A program made the translations under genes and the position numbers. DNA of 64,000 nucleotides from Moniliella sp. 'wahieum'. Taxonomy: Eukaryota. This document shows, piece by piece, positions 12,881-24,403 of this stretch (its first letter is position 1; every line of letters starts with the position of its first letter). The notes beneath the pieces were generated by a model. The model had not been told where the DNA came from and searched no databases. It saw only the letters and a list, made by a program, of their open reading frames with translations. The DNA is taken from the NCBI GenBank assembly GCA_003971905.1, contig RSEE01000067.1, positions 248,001 to 312,000 on the forward strand, given 5' to 3'.

Positions 12881-14092
12881 GGGTGCGGGAGGGGGAGGGG
12901 GGGAGAGTAGAGGAGAGGAGAGGAAAGGCGAGAAGGGGATGGAGGGTGGAGGCACAAACGCGCCCGAGCAAGGGCGCCCCCGATGGATCAACCAACCACG
13001 GACGCTGGGAAGGGCGGGCGCTGAGCTAAGCGTGGGGCGGGCTACGGGGGCAGTGTGTGGGTGCTGCGTCGTGCGAGTGAATGGACAGGGAGGGCCGAAG
13101 ATGCATTGTGCATGGCTGGCTGCCGGTGGACGAGGACACACTCGCCATGCGATACCCCGGCCCAGGCAGCGCGCCGCAACTGCCCCGGCCACCGTACATG
13201 GGCGCTGGCAGCCGCGCACGAGCCCACCGCCCAGCGGCCGTGCCAAGCGTACTGGTGCTGCGCGGCGGCAGCGCGCCAGCCTCCGCCACAGCTGCATGCG
13301 ACTCTGTAAGCTGTACGCCTGCCCCGTGCACAGCCCCTGGCAGGGGCAGCACGCACCAGCACACTCTGCCACCCACGCACAAGCCGTCTGCGGTGCTGCC
13401 TGGGGCTATCCCACGCTTGCGTCATGCGTCATGCGTCCTGATGTATGCGTGCATGCAGGCCGATGCAGCGCGGCTGGGAGCGAGCATCGGCAGGCCGCGA
13501 ACGATCGATGATCCCGTGGATCGTCCCCTCGCTCGGGTGGACACCCACAGAGGAGTTAGATCGAGGCGCAATCGAGCAATCTCAGATCTCACACGCATCA
13601 CACGCATCACACCTGGAGCACATGCACGTGCACGTGCACGTGCACGGACCCTGCCTGGCTGCCCGATTCCGTGGCCCTTCGCTGCGCCCCCACCAGCCTC
13701 GTGACGACGCCCCTTCCCCGGTGCCCTCTGTGTCGACAGCAAATCAGCACCCGCATTTCATTCAGCCTGGTTGAGGTTTTCCAACCGCCGGTACCCCGTC
13801 CACGGTGCGGTCCGTCGCCAAGGATCACCGCCATGTAGATCTTGTTGCTCTCTGGAGTAAAATCCCCCCATCCATCGTTCTATGCAGTGGGCTGTTCTGT
13901 GGGCGAGAGGTGTAGGATTATACCACTACCACTACCACCACTCCCCTCGCCAAGTTCTACCGCCAGCGGTTCTGTCTCTTCCATTCTATGTGCAACGCGA
14001 CGGCTGCATGTGGGCCTACTGGGTTCAAGCTGACAGACTGAGGCCGGAATAGGCAGGAGTACGATTGGGGTATAGGTTGGTAGAGGCGGTGC

Positions 14093-16087
14093 TTAGGGCC
14101 GCGATCGCTTTTTGCCCTTCTTGGTAGCGGCACCTTGGCGTGCCTCCTCCACCTCGTCCGAGGAGAGGATCTGGCCCTGGGTCCATGCATGGACAAACCA
14201 GGCCTCGGCTCGAGCTCGTGCGTCGGGACCCGCGTGCCAGAACTGCCATTCCAGAATTTTGTCTTGCATCTTGGGAATCAGTGGGCCGGGCGGAAAGCCC
14301 ACCAGGTTGGCCAAGTCGCCTCCATTGAGCAACGACCGTTCCTCCACTTTCTCAGCATGCCCAACGTTTCCACCCAGCCCCACCACCGAGCCAAATCGGC
14401 AGGAAGCAGGCCCACGTCGGCACCTGCCACCAACGCAAATACAAAACCCAGCCTCGGGACGGATAGCAAGGGCCGAGCGGGAAAAGAACGGACGTCGAAG
14501 AAGAAAGTAGAGTTTGGTCTGCTTGGTGCGCAAATCCTCCTCCTTCCCCACGCCCTGTTCCCATGCTTGGAACTGGACCAGGGCGTGGAACGCCAGGTGC
14601 AGCGCCTCGACCGGTCTTTTGTCGCTTTTACTCCGACCGTAACCGTCCACCAACACCACCTCCCCCGCTGGAAGCAGGTGCCGTTTCGGGACTTGGCCTG
14701 CCTTGACGGGCAAGGGTGGGACCAGGCACGCAACCCGTCCAGAGGAAAGACTGCCAGCGCATACGCCATTCGCCGTCGTTGTTCCGGGTCCGATAGGATC
14801 CCCGTGGGAATCCCCGGGTTCAACGTCGGATCAAGCCAGAACGATTCCAGCTGCTTGCCCTTCTCCACCACCCATTCGTCCGTGTGGCAAGGCACGGCGG
14901 CCTGTGGCGGGCCGTGGTCGTCGCTCCCATAGAGCTGCGACGGCGCCTCGGGCTCCGGCGGCGGACGAAAGACAACGGGAAACAGGTGCAGATCATACAA
15001 TGTGCTAAGCGCCAAACTCGGATGCTCACTGCGTAGCATTTTGTCTGTCTCCATTCCCAGACGTTCGCGACTGATCTTGTGAGCCAGCTGGTGGCGCAGC
15101 GCTCCGCCTTCGCGCACCGCCGAGCACAGCTCATCGTCCAACGCAAACCCAAACCGACAGGCAAAACGAACACTGCGCAGGATACGAAGTGGGTCCTCAT
15201 CCAACGTCACGCTCGGAGCAAGGGGGGTCCGGATCAGCCCTTGCTCCAGATCCACCAGCCCACGTTTCGTCAGGTCCTCCACCGCACGCGTATGCACATT
15301 GAAAAATAACGCGTTGATGGTCAAGTCGCGCAGGTAGGCATCTTGCTCGGCACTGGGATTGGCGCCCCCACGCAGCTGGACAAAGTCTAACGATTGACCA
15401 AGTACCTTGGCCGTGGCTGTCTCGAGGTTCTTGCCCTGCGCCGGATTGGCTTCAATCTTAGTGATCAGTCCCATCGATACGCCATCCCGCCCACCACCCA
15501 AGCTGGCCAGGTACCGCTCGAGGTAATACGCAAATTGGTACCCCTCAACGTTGACACGCACACGTCCATATCGTCCGACGCTAACTTTAGCACCTTGTCC
15601 CGCACCCACCCTCCCGCTATCCGCACCTCGCACACCGCCACCCAGCCTCCTCTAGCGCAGGCGCACGGCCCAGCTCAGCCGGCAGCGCTGGACGCTCCGC
15701 ACGGATCCACTCGCATGCCGCATCGAGCAGCGTGCAGATACGCTCTTCGGTCGGTGTCAGGATAAGCGCTGTGGCGGGTGGCGCGGTGGTCATTGGGCGG
15801 TGGCGAGGGAGCAGGGGTAGGGCAGGGGAAGGGGCAGGGGAAGGGCAGGGGCACACGGCGGCAGCCAGGACGGGGACGGGGACAGGGCTGGACCTGGTGG
15901 GGATGTGGGACACGAAACGAGGTGCGCCAAGTCGTTCCCGACGGGGTGGGGGGACGGGGCGAAGCGCAGAAGCCAACAGGCGGTGGGAGCCGGGCAGCGG
16001 GAATGGGAATGGGAGTGGGAGTGGGAGCGGGGGCGGGTGGGACAGCCACAGAGGGGACATGGGGAGGCTGAGCGGCTGAAGAGACAT
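14093..16087 (-). CDS. CCA1: Class II tRNA nucleotidyltransferase (CCA1 family); candidate CC-adding enzyme; frameshifted
   Basis: VRIAGGWVRDKVL...DDMDV (motif A with DxD), NLETAT, DFVQLR, RDLTINALFFN, EDPLRILRSVRFA, KISRERLGME, C-terminal PLLNGGDL..PPGP..LEWQ. In-frame ATGs at 16087, 16060 and 15793. Confidence 0.92.
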
Positions 16088-16670
16088 GAATAATCGCGTC
16101 TTCTGCAATCCCTTTTTGCTCGCTGCTGCGCTTGCACCGAACCCCCCCACTGCGTCTATCGCGGTCCTCACTAGTCACTCGCGTCCAGCAGACGTCGGGT
16201 CGGTCGGCCCTCGCGAGTGCACTGCGAAGCATGTCTACTCTCGTGGCACGCACCGCGCTTGCCATGGCCGCCACCTTGATCTGCCGTCTTGCCGTCTCTG
16301 AGGGTAGGAGGGCAACATCCGAATACAGCAGCAGCCAGGACGCCCTGGGCTCTCTGGCATCTTCCTGCTCTCTTGCGTTATGCTGCACACCTACTGAACC
16401 TATTCCCGTCACCGCATTTCTTGGCCTTCTCGCCCACCCGCGCGCGCCGTTAGCGAACCCGTCCTTGGAAAAGGTCGTCAAGCATGACGTTCCCCTGGCT
16501 GAAGCAGGTAGCGCCGTTGTGGTCCGGCCCCCGCAATCACAAATGCATGAGCGCATGAAAGCAGGAGGCGAGAACTATGGACAGGCAGACCTGGGCGATA
16601 CTAGCAAGGATGGGGGCAGAGCGATCAGATTTAAAGCAGAGGAGGAGGGGAGGGAGGGGGCTACTGCTGG

Positions 16671-17043
16671 TTACTGCACCAGGCTGGTCAGCTTCTGCTC
16701 CACCTCGGACTTGCTGAGCCCAGCAAGCTCGACGTGCTTCTCGACGCCGCGCTCTGGGGACAGGAGGATGGAGGAGGGGTCAGTAAGGGCGAGGACGGGG
16801 GCGCATGCGCATGTGCACGCGGGCGCCGAGACGGGGACGGAGACGCACCGAAGCGGGCAAAGGCGCGGGCGGGGGTGCCCTGGGCCTCGCGGACAAGAAG
16901 CGGAAGGGAGGGTTGGCAGCCTTGATCTGCGCATAGTTCGCCTGCACAAACTCACGCAGCCCGGCAGACGAAGGGCCGGACTGGCAGAAGTGCACGCGCA
17001 GCTCCTTGAGCGCCGAGGGCAGCGCACGCGTGAAGGCCGACAT
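16671..17043 (-). CDS. NDUFA2: NADH:ubiquinone oxidoreductase subunit B8/NDUFA2 (intron 16754-16848)
   Basis: ALKELRVHFCQSGPSSAGLREFVQANYAQIKAANP, then a GTGCGT...CAG intron, then ERGVEKHVELAGLSKSEVEQKL. Confidence 0.92.
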
Positions 17044-17126
17044 GGGAGGGTCGATGGAGGAGGCCGGGGGGGCAGAAGGCGCAGGCCAGACCGGCCAGGC
17101 CAGACGGGCGGCGAGCTGCATTAGAA

Positions 17127-20100
17127 ATGGCGCGGGCAGCCTGCTTCCGCCCCGTTCCGCCCGCCCCGCGCTCCCGGCCTGGTGCGCCACAGCCACGCCG
17201 CTGCCCGGCCACCACCACCACCTGCCGCGATGCTCGCCATGCCCGACGGCTGGGCGCAGCCACCTTCTCGGGCACGTGGGCGTCCATCAAGGTGCGTCTC
17301 TCCCCTGCCCCCCCGCCTCCCCTCCCCGCGCCTGCCTGACCCCGCCCCTCGCCCCCGCGCCCAGCTCGTCCTCGCCGCCCCCGACCAGCGCTCCCTCGCC
17401 CACGGCCTCCCCCGCACTGCCCACGCCCGCATCGCCGCCCTGTTTGCCTCCCTCGAGGGAGAGCAGATGCGCGGCCCGTGCATGTCCTTCGTACTCAAAC
17501 ACGACGTCCTCCCCACCCTCGCTGCCGCCGCAGCTACCGACACCCCCGCTGGCGTCCGCCATGCCGTCCTCCAGGGCCTGGCACGCCTCGTCCTCGTCGC
17601 CCCCACTGCTACCCTCACTGACCCCGCCGTCGCAAGGCCTCTTAAGCACATTCTTCTCTCCCTTGTGCCTACTTCACCAGGCGCGGATCCTGCTGCTGCT
17701 GCTACCACGGCTGCTCCATCCCAGGCCCGCGGCACTGGCACTGACGCCGCCGCCGACGCCGACGACACCGACAGTCTCGATTCGATCTTTTCCGAGTCCA
17801 ACCCGTGCCATGGGTGGTTAGGGAAGACCCGTCTGTTGATGCTGGGGTGGCTGTCTACCCTGGAGGAGCAGATGCGGGCGATGAGCCGTCTGCGTCGGGA
17901 GCAGCCTCCTCCCCTTCAGTCGAGAGCTTGGTCCACTTCCTTTCGGCATTGATCCGACGTACTAGAGAAAATAGCGATTTGATCGCCTCTCTCTCTCTCA
18001 TTCTGGTAAACTGAATCGCTACCTCCCTTACGACGCACTTGTGCCCCTCATTTCTCTCCCCGACCCCTTGGGCAGTGACATACGCACTGCCCTCTTGGCG
18101 TGCGTCGAGATGGCCATGCAACGCCCGCCCCTCTCCGGCGGCGAACCCGATCTGGTCCTCCAAACCCTCACTCTTGCACAGCAGGTAACTCATTCCGATC
18201 TATCCCCCATGCTGGGTGCAGCCCTCGGGGCCGCATACGGCCTTCTGCCGCGCGCAATCAGGCTGCCCATTGGTGTCCCACAAGATGATGGGGGGTGCCA
18301 CTGGGCATGCAGATCACCCTCGTCGTCCGTCCTAGATGTACCTACCGCCACTGAGGAGCCCGTCGTCTCCTCCCTTGCTCACTTTCTGGGGCTGGTTGAG
18401 TTTAGTTCGGGGATTCTCACCGCCTTCTTGGATCCTGGCACCTCTGCCTCGCACCATCTCTCCACCGAGGACGTTAACGCTGCCCAGTCCGAGAGGCAGC
18501 ACCTCGGCCTCGATTCCGCATGGAATCTCACCACTGATCTTCGCTCTGGCTTTCTCGATCAGATCCTCTACCCTGCCATGCTTGAATGCAGCGACACTGA
18601 TGGTACCGCCACCGCTGTCTTCTTCTACCTCACCCAACTCCTTGAAGTACTGCCCGACTCCTCCCCTTGTGCGCCGTTTTGTTAGGCCATCTTTGGACGA
18701 TGGAGAGGAACCACAGCCTCCTTCGGGACCACGGGCACGATTGCGGTACAGTCTCACCGACCTCATCCTTGCCCACCTGCGCCCTTCCACCCTTCGCGAC
18801 ACCCATGCCCAGGCGCTCCGGCTTCTCGACGTTCTGCTTCACGCTCATGGCAGGTTCGCCACACGCCTCCTAATGAAAGTGACTCCCCTTGCTCGCGCCA
18901 ACTCTACCTTCCCTACCCCACCTTCAACTGGCAAACCCCCATCCTCGCCCATTCGCCAACGATCGAGCCACCACCGCTCTCCTTCCACACGCAATGGCCA
19001 CGCGCACGCCCGCCGCACCTCGAGTCTGTCCACCGATGATCCCACTCACCACCGTGGCGCTGCTCCACACCGTGGCCTCCGACCTCGGTGACAGAAAACG
19101 ACGATGGGCTACAGCGACACTGGCTCACCTTACGTCTGCTCAGTGCCGTTGTTGATTGCCTCTTCCCGCCCGCTCGGTCCTCTGGGCCTAGGCCGCGGTC
19201 TCCAGGGGCTCACATCTGCCCAGGAAAAAGGGTTTGCTTTCCCACCCACCCAACGGGCTGCCTTGGCGCGTATCGCTTCCGACTCACTGTTCCAATGGAC
19301 CCGCTCTCTTCGCTCCTTCGACCGACACAAGCTCCACCCTGCCGACCCTGTTGGCCGATTGCTCATGGCCTCCTTGGCACACTGGTTTGCCAATGACCCT
19401 CAGGTCAACCTCGCCCTCTCGGGCGTGCTCGCGTCCCTCGCGGCGTCCCCGTGCGAAACTTGGATGGCTGGCTACGGTTCCCTGCGGAGGACAAGCCGCG
19501 AAACGAGGGCAGCAAGGACAAGAAGGAACCCAGTCCCAAAATGAAGGACGGAAAAGATCACAAAGATCACAAAGATCACAAAGATCACAAAGATCACAAA
19601 GATCACAAAGATCAAGGTAAGGCAGGAGAGAAAGTAGAGGAACTCCCCATTGTCCTTCTACTGCTCCGCGGTCTCGTGGCTCAAGTCCTCTCTCTCCGCC
19701 ACCAGGTCGGAGGGGAGCTGGACGCACTCCTCTCGGAACGCATGGGCAGCTTTGTATTTCTCGAACAACTGCTCGATGCGCTAGAGGAACCAGAGGACGT
19801 GCGTACGCTCGGGAAAAAAGTGGCTGTGCCCAACCAGATGGGGGAACTGGTCCCGGGGAACCAAGTGCGGCGCGCATGGGACGCTGGAGAGGTAACGGGA
19901 ACCGTGGAATTGGGGTGGAAAGCACAGCACGTGCGTTGCACCCACAACCTCCTGTGTCCCATGCTGCTCATCCACGCGAAGGCTTAGCCAAATTATTTGG
20001 TGGACGCGGCGAGGTCGAAACGAGGGTGGAAGAACGTCAACGTCAACGTCCAGTAGCACCTGGACGACCTTTTGCTGACCATTACCTTCGTACCGAACCG

Positions 20101-20310
20101 GTTCAGGTCTTGGTCACCCCCCTTGTCTTGCCCGCTCGCTGGCGAAGGACTAAGGTCCTCCGCTTTGCCCTCGACGGACAATCGCCCACCCAAGACCCGG
20201 TCCCGACCTCCCTCTCCTTCGTCCTGGACAATATCGTCTTGCTCCGCGAGATGGCGCGCGAACTCGCCGCCCTCCTCCAGGCACGATGGGCGCTCGGCGT
20301 AGATGCATGA
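17127..20310 (+). CDS. FHIP/FAM160 (retinoic acid-induced 16-like) subunit of the FTS-Hook-FHIP complex, frameshifted
   Basis: GPCMSFVLKHDVL..LTDPAVARPL, FLDQILYPAMLECSDTDGT, YSLTDLIL, WFANDPQVNLALSGVLASLA, C-terminal LDNIVLLREMARELAALLQAR. Start codon uncertain. Confidence 0.85.
19552..19613 (+). repeat. 9-bp tandem repeat AAAGATCAC, about 7 copies, coding (KDH)n in FHIP
   Basis: Directly visible. Confidence 0.95.
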
Positions 20311-21986
20311 TACGTCATACGTGTTTGGATACCCTGCAACCTTCCCGAGCTAGATGCGCGTCTCGTCCAATGTAGGTGTACATGTAGGTGTAGGTGTTGT
20401 GGCAGTAAGGCAAGTCAGTCGGCGCGGAAAGATGGAGACAGCTAGCTTACAGCATTCCTACGTCGGACAGATCGCTTGGGTCTCCCCATCTCACCCTATC
20501 TCACCCTAAATGGACAAGGGGTATAGTATTCACTCACACACTTTAGGTCCACCTGCCAGTCCATGACACATGACCCCGGTGACCTCCTTCCCGGTGCCTA
20601 CATTATTAAGATGGGATGGACACAAAGCCTCCCTGTCGGAGTCCGTTTTGCGCGCTACATCCCTATTGCTTCTTCGGGTCAACGTTCAACAGACGCGGTC
20701 CTTGGCCTACTACTTACTGCGAGGCCCTGTTCTCAGGCTTGTCCTGTTCGATAGAGTAGGCTGACTATGGGAACAGGGGTCACCAAGTACCGAGCAACGA
20801 GCAACGAGCAACGAGCAGCATAAAGCGTAACGCTCCCCACGTCGGCTCGGCCATGGTATTGGTAGCAATGGCGGTCAAGCTTGAAGTTACTAAGCCTGTG
20901 GAGCACGACGTCCCCGGGCTCACTGACCCTTGCGTCCTTCCGTGGATTACCCAACGAGGTACGAGCCAAGAACCAAGAGCCTGGCCTAAGGCCTAACCAG
21001 CTACCCCACACCGCAGTACCGCAACGTACCGCCAACGGCCAGGCCCGCCACAAAGCCCAGCAGATGCGCACGCGCATCCCGACCCCCGACCCTGCTCTGG
21101 CCTCGACCTCGACCTCGACCACGTCGGTACGCTGCGAGGGCCCACCCAAGCCCCGCTGCCCACGCGAGCAGCGCCGTCTGCCCACCCCACCCGGCCAACG
21201 AGCCTTTGGACGTAAGCGTAACCAGACGAACAAGCGAGGCTGAGGATAAGTCCGCAGCCAACAGTCCCACCCACCCAGCTAGACCCGCACTGGCTCCCAC
21301 CGATACCGATCCCCGTTCCCGCTCCCCCCCCCCCCGACCCCTCGCACCCGAGACCAACGACCGACCCTAACACGTACGTCCCCACCAGCACCGCTCCATC
21401 CTCCCGCATCACCCACAGCCCAAGCGCCACCAACGCCACCACGTTCTCCACCAAATGCGCTGTCGACGTGCAGAAAGCCACGCGCTACGCGTGCCCATAG
21501 CTCAGAGAGGTGAGAGAGGTGAGGTCGGGGAGGTCGGGGAGATACGTGGGATCGGAGTGAAAAGGTGGGGCAGGTGGGGCAGGCGGGGGCGGTTGGGGAC
21601 GTGCGGACGGCGCGACCTTGTCCCTACACCCATCCTACCAGGTTCAGCACAACCAGCAGCACCGTAGCCTGCGGCGCAGTCAGCTGGGAGGGCATGGGGG
21701 AAACCAAACCTCCCGCGACCAGTCGGGGCGACGCCAAGTGGCTGCTAGTGGTAGGACCAACGTGGGGTTTGGACTGATCGCACTCTGTTTCAAGTTTCGG
21801 CTGGGTTGAAATTTCACGTTTACCAGTTACCTCCATGTTTGCTGCCAGTAGAACCGGGGGGAAACCTGGTTGCTCCGCCGTCGCCAACCGCGCCGCAGGC
21901 GCTTGAGCTGGCCAGGTGGACGAGGACGTTGGTCGGTGGCCATCAACATCGAGGTGGACAAAGGACCAGGAAGAACAGTGATTAAT

Positions 21987-22134
21987 GATGAGTGATGAGT
22001 GATGAGTGATGAGTGATGAGTGATGATGATGAGTGATGAGTGATGAGTGATGAGTGATGAGTGATGAGTGATGAGTGATGAGTGATGAGTGATGAGTGTG
22101 ATGAGTGATGAGTGATGAGTGATGAGTGATGAGT
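21987..22134. repeat. (GATGAGT)n heptamer microsatellite, about 20 copies with two interruptions
   Basis: Directly visible intergenic array. Confidence 0.97.
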
Positions 22135-24403
22135 GGTGGCCGGTGGAGGCCACATTCGGTTCTAGCGAAAAGGTAGGAACGGAGAAATGATCAATCATCG
22201 ATCATCGAATCAACGTTCAACTGAACACCTACACGTTTACCCCCCCGCAATCAACTAATCAACAATCATTAAATCGACGTTGACCTCAACCACGGTTTTG
22301 CCGCTGCAGCAAAACGCCATCGAAACAGGAACCTGCGCTTATTAGCGCCAATGGCTTAGCACTTCTCCCCGCCCCATCGCTTTCTCCTGTGCCGGTTGCC
22401 GATATTGGCTGCTTGCCTTGAGATATCGAGAAGCCTTATTAGCGCCAAGTGACTGAACTCTTCTCCCTCTCTGCACCCGTTCTCACCAGGCGCGCGGTAC
22501 TCCGTTGGGTGTTATTGGGTTCTTGGGCTAATTCTTTTTTCCTTCCCCGCATTGCATCACTCAATACTCAACAAGACTTCCGGCGAGAGGATGGGTGCGA
22601 ACATCAACATGGCAATACAGTCAGCCCGACCCTGGGGGACTCTGGGGGGATATACGGAATCAGCTACAGAGATAGCAGCCTTTTGAGGCAAAAGGCGAAA
22701 AGACCAAACGCGAGAACCACGAATCTTCAAACACGTCTGTAGGGAAGGAGACAGGAGGCAGAGAAGCGAGATGGAACAGGCAGGAGGTTCACATTCAATA
22801 GCGTAAAGGGGGGTCCTGTCCTACCCAACTATTGAAGCGAGCACTACTGATCTCATTAAAGGGGTTTCCGTAACGCATGTGAATGGGAGCCCCAACAGCA
22901 CTACAAGTCAGCCACTACTCTCTCACAGTGGATACCTTCAGTTGCCTGGTAACGCCGGTAACCATCTCGGAGAACGACACATTTTCAATCGCGCCTTTTT
23001 CTTGGACAGGGGCTATATCGTTTTACATGATGTTTTGGTATAATGGCAGCTGACAGAAAAGGACGAATGGGGGTTCTCGCAGAGCAGTGGAGCTAGTCAA
23101 GCTAGTCAATGGGTCATACATCTCATCTCCATCATGCATCATCGATGCATCATCCCGATTAAATTTGCCGAAGAGAGGCACTTTCGAAGATGAACTTCAT
23201 CGAAGCTTCATCATTCTGATAAAGCCTTCGCGGACCGTGCATCACTTGCATCATGCATCACGACTAGGTACTAGCACTAGCTTTGCATCTCGCTGCTTTC
23301 CATCGCTGACCGGGGCGGGGGCGTCCGGCACACGAGGGCGCACCTGAGCGCCTGAGCGCCTGAGCGCCTGAGCACACTTGCTCAGACTTGCCCCTCAGGA
23401 AAAAATCTTTGACACCTCGGAACCTAATCGATAATTCTTTTATTTTAATCACATCAGAGGAGATACGCGGGTTGCAAGCGAGCCACACTGCACTAGCCCA
23501 GTGTGCCACAATCGCTATCTGTGCCGCGGGTACTATTTGGCCGTTTACTGCGCCCCCGGGCTGGGGTGCAGCTGGCGAGGTAAGCGCCGGTACGCGCCAA
23601 TACAGGCACAGTGGCGCCTATCGCTTTGGCTTTGGGGTATGTTGCGCCGCGAAGGCTTCTGATTAATAACTGGTTGGGTAAGACAGACGGATTGATTGAT
23701 TGCCCTGACACGCACGAGGCCCTGGAGGACAAAATGTGATCTATCAATATCAATGTCGTGGAGATCTAAGTCTCTAAGAGCGCTGTATGAGCGCGGCTGG
23801 GCTCGATGATGCATGATACATGATGCATGATGCATGATGCATGATGGACGAGATCAGTGCTGCTCATCGAATCGACTCATCGCTCAGGCTGAGCGTGAAT
23901 ATCGGTCCTCAATATTCAATCTCCTCAGTAGAAACATCCATGAATCTCCCTGACGCACGCATCGTGCCATCATGGATCCATTGTCCAGCATTATCGATTA
24001 ATCGATTACGATTATCCCCGCCGGCTAGCTGCCCGGCTGTCAAAGGATTAAGGATGGCCGGAAAAGAGACTCCGTGTAGATTGCGGATGCGCGAGACACA
24101 GTCCAACAGCGGCGGCAGACCTACTGCCTTTGTCACACAGTGTCAGGTACACGAGTGTGGCGAACACCACTATCGTGGCTGCCAACGAGACTCCAGCCCC
24201 TAGCACAGGTAAGGCCACGCCTTCAGGAACATGCATCCTATCTTTTCAGGCATCAGGCCTTCGGTCGCGTCTGCCCGATAATCGATAATCCTTCAAAACA
24301 GCTCGCCTAAGCTTTGGGCAACCGCTTTGCATCTCTCCCTTCCCCTCTCTCCCTCGTCCTCCTCTCCGTTCCATCGTCTCTGGTACGCCCAACCACCACC
24401 GCG

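Noticed and set aside
12327..13511. Long + strand ORF (394 aa) and similar long antisense ORFs at 14135, 26982, 32531 and 54664
   Set aside because: Shadow ORFs opposite real genes in high-GC sequence, with no recognisable motifs.
20993..21481. Hydrophobic minus-strand ORF (HLVENVVALVALGLWVM...) as a possible membrane protein fragment
   Set aside because: No recognisable family, no ATG start, and surrounded by low-complexity sequence.
21827..22198. ORF with (LITHHSS)n repeats; also considered as a CRISPR-like array
   Set aside because: Translation of the (GATGAGT)n microsatellite; there are no unique spacers and the context is eukaryotic.
22300..23080. Possible TE relic in lower-GC intergenic DNA (likewise 29950-30780)
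   Set aside because: No protein motif or convincing repeat match could be identified by eye.
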